A stretch of 64,000 nucleotides of DNA. Source: Podarcis tiliguerta (lineage: Eukaryota). Below are positions 53,393 through 64,000 of the stretch, piece after piece; position 1 is the first letter of the stretch, and each line of letters begins with the position of its first letter. The stretch lies in NCBI GenBank assembly GCA_965153285.1, contig OZ229119.1. One strand, written 5' to 3'. The position numbers and the translations under genes are program-made. The notes beneath the pieces are model-generated. The model was not told the DNA's origin, did not search any database, and worked only from the letters and a program-made list of their open reading frames with translations.

Positions 53393-53858
53393 TTGTTGTT
53401 GTTTAGTCATTTAGTCGTGTCCGACTCTCCGAGACCCCATGGACCAGAGCACGCCAGGCACTTCTGTCTTCCACTGCCTCCCGCAGTTTGGTCAGACTCA
53501 TGCTGGTAGCTTCGGGAACACTATCCAACCATCTCGTCCTCTGTCGTCCCCTTCTCCTTGTGCCCTCCATCTTTCCCAACATCAGGGTCTTTTCCAGGGA
53601 GTCTTCTCTCCTCATGATGTGACCAGAGTATTGGAGCCTCAGCTTCAGGATCTGTCCTTCCAGTGAGCACTCAGGGCTGATTTCCTTAAGAATGGATAGG
53701 TTTGATCTTCTTGCAGTCCATGGGACTCTCAAGAGTCTCCTCCAGCACCATAATTCAAAAGCATCAATTCTTCAGCAATCAGCCTTCTTTATGGTCCACC
53801 TCTCACTTCCATACATCACTACTGGGAAAACCATAGCTTTAACTATACGGACCTTTGT
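53393..53858 (-). mobile_element. BovB LINE 3' fragment (inverted relative to 52124-52645)
   Basis: Minus ORF RVPWTARRSNLSILKEISPECSLEG...; (CAA)n tail. Confidence 0.95.
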
Positions 53859-55882
53859 CCCAAATTCAAGGTTATCACATTAGTGTTTCAAGCCCTAAAC
53901 AATTCAGGTCCCAAGTACCTGAAAGACCAACTCCTTCCCTACAGATTCTCTTGGGTGCCAAGATTGGCAGTGAGGGGCCCCTAGGTAGTACCTCCATGCT
54001 TAGAAGCTTGAAGTGGGGTGGGGGAGTAGTGGTCCTGGAGAGGGAAATATCTATGGTGGCCCCCAAGTTGGGGAATTCCGCACAGAGGTGCGTCATAATT
54101 GCTGATGACACCTCTCTTTGCAGTGGCTTTTGACACTTGAGGTGGATATTTTTGGGACCCACCTCATTTCTGCAATTGTAAGCTGTTTTAAAACAACTTG
54201 CAGTTGTGTCTGTAGCTTTGCAAAGTAGCCTGAGCTGTTTGGGAGCCACTCCCATTTACTATAATGGGCAATCTATAAATGGCTATAAAATCCCCTCCCT
54301 ATCACCATGAATGAAATCTGAATGCCTGGCAACCTTTCAAGAGTAGATTAACCTTCCCAAATTGTAGCAGGGCAGGATTATGCAGGGCATCTTTAAATTT
54401 TGATTTAAAAGAAAGAAAGGGGGAAAGCCTGTAGGTATTCATTTTCTGCTAGCATTGTGCCAATTTGCAGGCCTGGTCAACCTGCTGAGGGAATGGCACC
54501 TGCCAAATATCAGAATGACACCTGCCATGGTTCTCACCTTGGTTCACATCATAATTCAGGGTATACTCAGAGCCTGATGCACACCCCTAGCAAATACCAT
54601 GGACTACTGACATATACAAATGCCTCAGTCTACTGGCATTTTCATGCGCGGTGATACCGGCAATGATTTGTGTGACAAGTTTTCTCTCATTGATTTCAGA
54701 ACTGCCCCATCTATTGAAGTAGGGAGCCAGCTTGCGCAAGAATCCCTATGAACGCATCAGGGCTCATGGAACTCTAGGCAGGCAGGAAACATTTCACAAT
54801 TTCAGGTGGAAATGAACCTTAAATGGTATATAAGATTCCTGGGCTATCATTAGCTGTATTATAATTGGTAAGGCTGTTTTGCCTTCTCTGGCTAATAACA
54901 GCTCTTTCACATCCCCTGTTTCCAGGTCCCTTTTAAGAGAATATTAATAAACCTGAGAACTTCCACATACAAGGCATGTGCTCCCATCCCATATTAGATT
55001 TGTTTTTGTATGTTCAGGAGGCAAATGCCTCACAATCTTTCTCAATGTAATACACAGGACAAGTCTAATCAGGTGTTTACCAGTTGCCTTATCCCAACTT
55101 TGCTGCTTCTTCTTGTCTTCCAGTTTCTCTCTTCTATTCCCCTCTCTGCTAGAATAAAGTCTTTTGAAACATACTTTTTAAAAGGCACCCCAATATAGCA
55201 AATGAGATCTCCATACAAACTTCTTTGTAAACGATAATCGGGTCTACAATTCTTTATTGCCTAAATACAGTGATGGGATAGTTTGACGACAAAGTTCCAT
55301 ACATGTGCTAATATTGCCCTCTAGTGGTTACTGTTCCATAACCATTTGCATCAACCCCCCCCCCCCCGGGTTGCTTTTGAGAACCAAATTCATTCATGTT
55401 GCTTTGGTTTTTAATGCACCATCCTTGTAAAATTAAAACTTCCTCTTCATCATCACTATCATTGAGTTTGAGGGGATAATACACTATTATCCACTGTGCT
55501 GACTCTCACCAGTGAAACATTGGCATTTACTCTCTCTTTTTTAAGTTTTAAGAGTTTTGAAATTTCCTCAGGTTCCTTCATCCATGACAAAATCCCCAAA
55601 CAGAAATTGTCACATTCCATTCCTGCTATGTAGAAATGTTACCATGTGTGAAGCAGCCCTGAGTCTCAGGGGAAGGCAATTTCACATTTGTGTAGGAGCT
55701 TCTTAGAATAGCTCTGGGCACTACAGGAACCATCACCAGTCACTCTCACAAACAGCTGGCACTGTTTCCTCTTAACAGGCAAAAGAAAATTCAAACTGGG
55801 GCTGTGTGCACATTTCAGAAGCAGACACAGATTGCACATGTCATCTGAACAATTTCCCCTATGGACTTGTGAAAAGGCTTAC

Positions 55883-56083
55883 ATATGACGTAAACGAACC
55901 CCAAAGAGAGTGCATTCGTGCCTAAACTGTGTATGTGCTGATATATATCGTTGCACACAACCCCAATCTCTGAGTAGTGCGAGATTCCAGGGATATCAGG
56001 TGCTTCTTCAATGTCCGTGTTTCCTTTTGGAAATGAGGGGTTCGCAGAATTCACACCCCAAAAGGGTTTTGTTTCTCCAATAG
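55883..56083 (-). CDS. Internal exon B (IGETKPFWGVNSANPSFPKGNTDIEEAPDIPGISHYSEIGVVCNDIYQHIHSLGTNALSLGFVYVI, phase 1->1)
   Basis: 201 nt with only one frame open; donor |gtaagc; acceptor gctgtgcag (weak pyrimidine tract); phase matches exon A. Confidence 0.6.
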
Positions 56084-59000
56084 CTGCACAGCCTTGGATT
56101 CAGACAGAACTCAGACATTGCTCTCAAATGTTGCTCTGATGCCCTCTCCAGCTTGCTGCTTCGCTTCTGGGTCACATCATTGCCACTTTAACTCTAAACT
56201 CAGACTTGTCCTAACTATCTCTGAGTTGAGAGCGGGCCAACTCATTGGCCGTCTCACACAGAGCCCCCTTTCCTCTTTTCTCCTAATGGTCCATCACCCA
56301 GGTGATCACCTGGGTCACACAGGAAGCTGGCCAGATTTATACTTTAACACTTGCTGGATTCAGGGGTTAGAGAAGGATCTCACATACAGCCTACTTCTTC
56401 CTTCCCATACTCATAACAATAAGCATAAATGATGGTGATGATGATGATGACTACCTACCATTCACCAGCAAGTCTCAGGACAGCTTGCAACAATTTAAAA
56501 CTTTAAAGCAGGTTACAGTCTCCGGAATAGGGTGGGACCTGAACACACACACCTCAGGTGTCAACGGCCAAGGTAAAGAGGTACCTCTATTTAGAAATAA
56601 CTACCAAGAGGGCTCCCCCTGCAGATCTTAACATCCAAGAGGGTCTGTGGAGAAGGAAGGGGTCTTGAACCAGTCCCTGCAGGTCCGTGTTCAAGCAAAA
56701 CTTTACCTGCAGATTTCAGCAGGTGACAATGTTGTTTCCATGCTATGAAAGAGTTTTCGCCTACTGATTTACCCAGACTGCTGTTGAACATAAAAGCAGG
56801 CCGGGCTCTTTCTCAGGGTTATTTTACTATGCTATGCACATACACTTCATAACTCGTTTGTCCTTTGTTTACCAAGGGTCAAAATGTTTGCTTTATTTCC
56901 ATCAAAAAAATCCCTAGCTTGAGAACCTCCTGGTTGGTGCTGAATAGTCCTATAGAAAAATAGCCATGCTGTGAGCAGGCCGGGGTAATACCCTCCCTTT
57001 CGCTTTTCATTCCGCAAACTAAACTTCTTTGGCAATGGGAAGCGAACTCATTCTGCTCTTAAGGGTGCTTAACCTTTAGAGTGAATAATATGTCCCGGCT
57101 AGCACGCCAACATTTGCAGACATGAAACCTTAATATTGCACATTATCACAATGCAATATTTCTCGCACTGAATTACAAAATTGCTGAGCAGGTAGTAATT
57201 GCAAAAATGAACACTTCTGCCTGAAAACACCCTGTGAGTATCTGGCCCCGTCCAAGCCAGTTAACAAGAATTACGCATGAGGCCTTTTGGAATTAAAAAT
57301 TTAAATTGCTTTGGGCTGTCAAGATGTGAAACATAGCTATAGGGTTATGTGGCCTAGAAATTCAAATGTACAGCATCCAATTAGGAAGAAGGGGGGGGGG
57401 AACAGTTTCAACAACATACTGCATCTTTAGAATGTTAAAATATGATCCTTCTCAAAAAAAAAAAAATTATTACATTTTTCTATTGGCCTCAAAGCTGACA
57501 TATATTCTGTGCCTCTTCTGTGCTTGTCTTGCTTCTCTTTCTGATTGGAAGTACAAGGTAAAGTGTTCAGAAAGATTCTGAAAAAATATAGCCATAAGAA
57601 TGTGCCTGTAAGAATGGGCACATCTAATAAGTCCACACAAGACAACAAAACAGGTTTAAGTTTCCAGTGACTGTAAAGGCAACAGAATGTGAGATTAGTG
57701 CCATGATCCTATTCCTGACTTACAATGCAGAAGCAATGTAGCAAGGAAAGACAGGTTAAAATTGGGTGCTGCTTTGCATGTAGGACTCATGTAGGACTGC
57801 AGCATTCTTTTCTTGGAAAGGTCAGGAAGCAACAAAGCTTAAAAAGGAGATGTACGGTGTTGGAAAATCTGGAGACCAAAGAATTGGGAATAAACTGCAA
57901 CCATTCACAAGAATTCAGCCACCGCTAATTACAGAAATCCCAAACCACATGCAAACTTGATATATAAACAGTTCCTTTAAAGTCCTTTGTGCACATTTTG
58001 CTTGAGATATCTAAAGGCAAAAACAAAACAAAAAACAACCCTCTGAATTTAGGAAAGTTAAGACTTGATCATTTTCCAGTCTAGCCTCCTCTCTCTTGAC
58101 TAGAGAATCAGCTGGGCAAATATTATTGAAGCTTAGTGGAAGTCCAACACAAGAATTGGACTCAGATACTTTAGAAGGTAATGTTTCCTTTATTCATTCT
58201 TGCCCCAATGTCAAATTTGGGTAGCATGACTACTAAGTAAAAATGATTGCATTAATTGAACTCTTACAATGCTTGCATTTAATGAGCCTCTCTTATCCTC
58301 AGAATTTCAGACAGTTATTGTCTGTATTGTTCAGAAAACCACTGAATAAGCATTGCTAGGATTAGTCATGCTGAATCATGGTCTCCTAGAATACAGAAAA
58401 ACAACAGCTTGTGCATTCATTGATGAATCACAACATTGTTATTTCAGCATTATAGAAAAGGGGAAATCAGATTTGTCTGTCAAAATCTACCATATGATCC
58501 GTACTACCATCTCTAAAATCCTGTTGGCACTGTATTCTGGAGGGGGAGGGACATGGAAACTTCTATTCTTTAAAGCTGTAAAACTGTCAAACAATATTTA
58601 AACTTCAGTTGCAAAATAACTCATTCAGAAAGATGTGCCTTGTTTACATATTTTTAATACGTATGTTTTAGCCTCTCTGTACTTCCTGCTTTTTGAGTGT
58701 TAAATTTTGTCACCTTTGCATCTGCAGTTTAATTCCTTGATAACCGTATCATTTGAATTTTCACTTTTGTTTCCCTTATGATGGTAGTAAGAACAGAATT
58801 TCACTTCTTTTTTTGCCCTTCCCTCTCCTTCAAATCTGCTTCCACTTTATCTGCTTCCATTTCTTCTGGGCTCTGAAATGAAGATACACACACAATTTGA
58901 AAACACAGGCACCCAAAATGTGAAGTTTACAGCATCAAAGTGTTCCACAACAGAGATGCTGTAAACCACTGACTATAATAATATATGGAACTGGGATTAT

Positions 59001-59180
59001 AACTGACATGAAAGGGAGCCTCAATAAATTAAAAAATTGAAATAATCTAACTATAGTTGCCAGAGTTTAAAAGTCCATCTATCAGCACCCTGGACAACAG
59101 TCTTGGGTACATTTCCTCTGCACAATACAAACTGTTGTCCTAGGACATGCCTTGAAGGCACTTGAGGTTATTACTTTACA

Positions 59181-59295
59181 AAAGCTAAACATCGTCTGGG
59201 TCTGGTTGGTGCCTAGATGGGTCAATTACTGGGAACCATGTGTACATCTCCTTGGATGCCCTGATGGAAGGAAGATGGGATGTAAATGCAAGAAA
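59181..59295 (+). mobile_element. Degenerate 5S rRNA-derived SINE fragment
   Basis: AAGCTAAACA..GTCTGGGTCTGGTTGGTGCCTAGATGGG...CTGGGAA resembles the 5S internal control region and is followed by non-5S sequence. Confidence 0.5.
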
Positions 59296-62200
59296 ATTAG
59301 ATAAAAACAGATAATACTTGGGAGCAGGCTTCATTGAAAAAGAACTTCAGGAACAAGTTCCTCCAAGCAGAATTCATATTCTACTGTGTATGGCTATTTC
59401 ACTTGAAAGTATCATCCATATTAATAAAATTCCTATCTTGCCCTCCCTCCCTTAGGAGCCCAGAGCAGCAACCAACAAAACAATGCAATTAAAAACAAAA
59501 TAAAACAGTCACATATCCTTACAGCTAATAATTTCAACACTGCCAGAAACAGCATCTTACAGCCGTCAAACGCTTGGGTGAACAGGAATGTTTTTTCAAT
59601 TCCTTCTGAATGTTACTGAGCACCCAAAAATTTAGTATAATACAGTAACAGATAATATATTACTATAATAAATAAAATCACACTAAAATCAGGCAGAGAG
59701 GACTGGAAACTAAACTTCAAACCAAACAAACAAAAAGAAAGCTGGACAAATAAATGGCCTGGCACTGAAATAGCTGTAACATGATTGTAACATTGGCACC
59801 AGTCAGATTCCTTTGAGAAAGGAATTCCACAGATGGAGACGCCAACAAAAAGGTTTTATTCCTCATTGACACATAGCAAAGTTTACCCAACGAACACAAA
59901 TGAAGAAGAGCCTCATCTCGAGATGCTAATACATGGGCAGGACTGTTCCATTTTCAGACCACCTTCTAGATAGAGCAAGGATGCCCAGCCTGGTACCATC
60001 CAGCTGTTGTTGATTCCAACTCCCATCCACTCCAGTCAGCATGGCCATTGGGGTAAGGGAAGATGAGAGATGTAGTCCACAACATCTGGCACCACATTGG
60101 CAACCCTGGGCTGGTTTTAGGCAAAAGTACAGATTGACGCAAGTTATCATTTTGCATATCTGATTGCCACATGTCATCTGTACCCTCTGTTACTCAGGAC
60201 ATTATCACACTTCCCCCTCCCTTTGTGGTTTTGGTTCAGCTTATCAGATTCCCCTCCCAGCCCAACTTCAATCCCATATATCTCATTATAGTTTCCTAGC
60301 AGACTATAAGCTAGATTGGGAGCAATGACGGTGGCACAGTCAGTGGAAATGTGAAAGGACAGCAAAGAAACTCAGGATACCATTCTAGAAGGCACAGGTG
60401 AAGTTTCCAAGAAGCCCAAAACAGGTGAAGGGGACTATGCTGGGAATGGAGGTCAGTGGGATAAAAAAAGGGGGGTGGCTGCATAACTACAGTACCAGGA
60501 GCTCTGAGGGATCTGTCCCAGAAAAAACACCATATAATCTTGATATTTCTGAGATCAGTATTATCTAGTAAAGGACAGAAATGGGTGGGATAACCTCCCA
60601 TGTAGCCAACATGCAACTGGAGAGAGAAAATTGTCATCTGCATCCAAGCCCAGTTACTATGTGAGAGTAACAACTGAGAAAAGCAGTAAGGGATGTCCTT
60701 ACTCAGTTCGTCTAAATAACACAAGTTTAAAGAACAAATCTCAGATGTCAACACTTTTCCTTCTTATCCCAAGTGTCTCTGGGGCACAAGTGCATAAGCT
60801 CCAACACTAAACAGATTTCATGAGTTCTCCCCTCCTATCCACTAGCAATATACAAAGATAAAGTAACCTACATAATAAGATACTTGCTCTTTAGAAATGT
60901 TCCCCATTTTCTAATTTTCTTTCATTTTTAGCAAATACGTTCATATTGGAATTGTAAATACCTGAATGCATTTTTTCCGCTTTAGTATATACTTTAGTAT
61001 GTGGGCTTCTTTTTCGCCAAGCTGGCATATTATATGCTGAAGTGCACCTCTCTGTAAAGAAAAATACACTTTGATTTACATTTTCAGTGATAATTATAAT
61101 CATATTCTGCCAATCTAGTTACACACACAGAGAGAGTTTTAGTCATGATGTTACCTGACATCACATAAATCACAGATCACTTCGAAAAACATATTAACCC
61201 CAAGGGAGAATGCATTCCATTTTCAATCTGGGAACATGAACTAGATTTTGGGAGAGGGAAAGCTTAACACATATGGGTGCCAGGACCAGTAAATACTTCC
61301 TTAAAAGAAGGTGTGATTCCATTGGCTGTTTGGGACTTTTCAACCCTTTAATTAACCCAACGACTCCTCTGCCAAATTCACTAATCTCACAGAAGTGCTA
61401 TTGGGACTCCAAGTATTCTTGGATGAAACCAATTATTTAGATCTGTTCTAATATTCATTTTGGACTGGAACTGCTTTAATTGTCCTGGTGGTTGACCTCC
61501 ATTAGGAAACAGACAGGAGGACGATAGCTGTTGATTGTCCAGGTCCTAGCAATAGTGCTTAATAGCAATGGCCATGATATACTTCTGGATCACTGATAGG
61601 ACATTGGACTCCAATTTAACGCTATTTAACATCCATGTGAAAGTTTTGGGTGAGGTAATTCAGATGATACCCAAACCTCTCACTCATTTCTTTTTTTTAA
61701 TTTTTTTTGCTGAGGTTTAATATAACAAAACAAGAAGAACTACTGCAAAATGACAAAATATCAAACCACACAGAGAATTAACCAAACATGTTTCTGAGCA
61801 TAACGTAAGGGTTAGAGCTCGCAATACTTCCAAGACAAAATTTAAACTAGAGGAACTCATTGTCTGATTTTTATGACATTGTCATTACAAAATTGGCAGA
61901 GTTGGGACAGATTTATAAGAAAACAAACAAGCAAACAAACCAAATAAACATTAAGAAGGATAAAGACAAAAGAAGAAGAATTAGACCGTCCAAACCATTC
62001 TTGCCACATCTGACAACAAATCATCTCTATTTGTATCTGAATACAACCCCACCAAATTGCAGCAAAATCTTGTGGCTGTGTTTTTACCTTGCAATAAACA
62101 TAAATTACAAGTTGTTGTTTTTTCTTCAGAAATAGCTATTGACCAAACAGAGACATTACAGACAGACAATTTAGAAGGTTTAAAAAATCAAGTTCTTATA

Positions 62201-62683
62201 TATAACCTTACAAATAATAGATGAGACTGACAGGTAAAAGAACATACAACAGACAACAGTATGGTAAGCCCTCAATTTATGTGGGGGTTATGTTCTGGAG
62301 ATCATGCCTATAACTAGTCAAAACACAACTAGGTGCAAGGGCAGGCAGGACTGCCAAACTCTTTCCCACTTTCTGCCTCTTATTTATGCCGAATGCACAC
62401 AAGTTAAATGTGTTCAAGCTGCAGGCTTATTGTACATAAAGCTACCTTAAAATCTTGAGAAAATGGGAGGGGAAACTTTTCCTTTTTCTAAAAGAAAGCA
62501 ATGTTGGCCACGAGGCGAACCTGCTGAGGGAAAGCATTACATATTCAGGGTGCCACAACAGTAAAAGCTCTCTCTGTAAGACAGTCTTATGTTTAGGTCA
62601 AATGTGGTATAACAGAACACAAACTCAATAACGCGGGCAAACCTCTGTGCCAGGAGGAGGGGTCTATGAGACTATGTGCTCAC

Positions 62684-62887
62684 CTGCAGCCAAATTCATC
62701 TTGGATTCTTTGGTTGCACCAACTTTACCATAGGTCAGATTGGGTGACCTTGCAGCTGCTGGAGAACTCAAGGAAATACTTCTCCCGCTGGCTCTCTGAG
62801 AAGGAACATAAGAAGCATTCTCAGCATTCTTGCTTTGATCATTTTGTTGGCAATACCCTTTACCTTTAGGGTTTGAAGTATGCATTG
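62684..62887 (-). CDS. Internal exon A (AMHTSNPKGKGYCQQ...KESKMNLAA, phase 1->1); the gene probably continues beyond the window
   Basis: Acceptor tattatttcttgcag, donor CAG|gtgagc, 204-nt open frame. Confidence 0.65.
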
Positions 62888-62991
62888 CTGCAAGAAATAA
62901 TACGATAATCAATATTTTCCCCAGACTTGTAAGAAGCTACTGAGCGCTGCTCAACATATAGGGCAATGGACGGGGACATGCAATACAAATA

Positions 62992-63371
62992 CAGTGGTGC
63001 CCCGCAAGACGAATGCCTCGCAAGACGGAAAACCCGCTAGACGAAAGGGTTTTCTGTTTTGGAGGTGCTTCGCAAAACGAATTTGCTATGGGCTTGCTTC
63101 GCAAGACGAAAATGTCTTGCGAGTTCCTGCGGGGTTTTTTTCCTCCCCCCCCCCCCATTTTCCCAAGCAGCTAAGCCGCTTAACAGCTGATCCGCTAAGC
63201 CACTTATCAGCTGATCTGCTAAGCCGCTTATCAGCTGATCCGCTAAACCCGCTAAGCCGCTAATAGCACTAAGCCGCTAAGCCGCTAATGGGCTTGCTTC
63301 GCAAGACGAAAAAAACCGCAAGACGAAGAGACTCGTGGAACGGATTCTTTTCGTCTTGCGAGGCACCACTG
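62992..63371. mobile_element. Tc1/mariner-type MITE with internal tandem repeats
   Basis: TIRs CAGTGGTGCC.CGCAAGACGAA with TA TSD; related to 14094-14355. Confidence 0.9.
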
Positions 63372-63909
63372 TACTGAGCTTGCCCCTTTTAAGAGATTGC
63401 CTCTGATGTTGAACCAGGACCAAATGAGTTGATTGGCCCCGTGTGACTTTTTCAACCTACTAAAAATGGATTTTCAAAATACCTTTTGCTGTCAACGAGA
63501 GAGGAAGGTTTTTGGGTTCCTCGGAAATCCATTTCTTTTTCTTCACTCCTTTAAAATGATGTTTCTTTATGCTTTCAGCGTGACTTGTAGCTAAAGAGAA
63601 GAAAAAACCGACAGCAGGATTTTGCCTCTCAGTTCTACGGCATTGAGAAAGGAGGTGGATTCCCAGGGTTGTTTCTTGCATTCACTGAGGATTCAGTAAG
63701 GGGGGGGGGTATGGTAAAGGCCAACCTTGCTATATTCATGACTTGGAATGTGATCCAAAAATGACCGGCAGACAGTCTTACATGCATAAGTATGGTTTTA
63801 ACAATCCTCCCTTTCTCCTCCCATTTTTTGTGCAGTATAAATTGGCCGTGTGTGTAGCACACCTAACACCTGAGCTGTTCCCTCATTTACCTGCTACTCA
63901 ATCTATGTG

Positions 63910-64000
63910 AGGACGTGGGTGGCGCTATGGTCTAAACTACAGAGCCTAGGGTTTGCAGATCAGAAGGTCGGTGGTTTGAATCCCCACAACGGGGTGAGCT
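63910..64000 (+). mobile_element. Sauria SINE 5' part (cut by the window edge)
   Basis: GGACGTGGGTGGCGCTATGGTCTAAAC...GGTTTGAATCCCC head. Confidence 0.85.

Noticed and set aside
54538-54586. 49-nt minus-strand segment with good splice signals (tttgctag / CAAG|gtgaga)
   Set aside because: It is open only in phase 0->1. Exon B ends in phase 1, so inclusion gives a stop. At best a cryptic or poison exon.
59181-59295. 5S rRNA gene
   Set aside because: Only a degenerate internal part resembles 5S and it is fused to unrelated sequence; better explained as a 5S-derived SINE relic.
63171-63288. CRISPR-like repeat array
   Set aside because: The units are contiguous without unique spacers, sit inside a eukaryotic MITE, and no cas genes are present.

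Overview
Eukaryotic (vertebrate) genomic DNA, almost certainly from a squamate and probably a lacertid lizard. This is inferred from Sauria/Squam1 SINEs, a MIR-derived Squam3-type SINE, BovB and CR1 LINEs, and hAT and Tc1/mariner-type MITEs. Most of the window looks intronic. At least eight short GT-AG exons on the minus strand (62887 down to 8966, plus a candidate terminal exon near 6.1 kb) can be read by eye. Six of them splice into one continuous open frame of a protein I cannot name. The largest insert is a young, nearly full-length CR1 LINE (20604-24560). Its esterase ORF1 ends exactly on a correctly phased T TTA AAC slippery heptamer that leads into ORF2 in the -1 frame, making it a candidate programmed ribosomal frameshift. 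Other points are a three-copy promoter-like repeat family, an inverted duplication of a MITE end with its flank, nested insertions, and repeat-free blocks that look like conserved non-coding elements. I saw no rRNA, tRNA or CRISPR loci. All calls are by eye and no database search was run.
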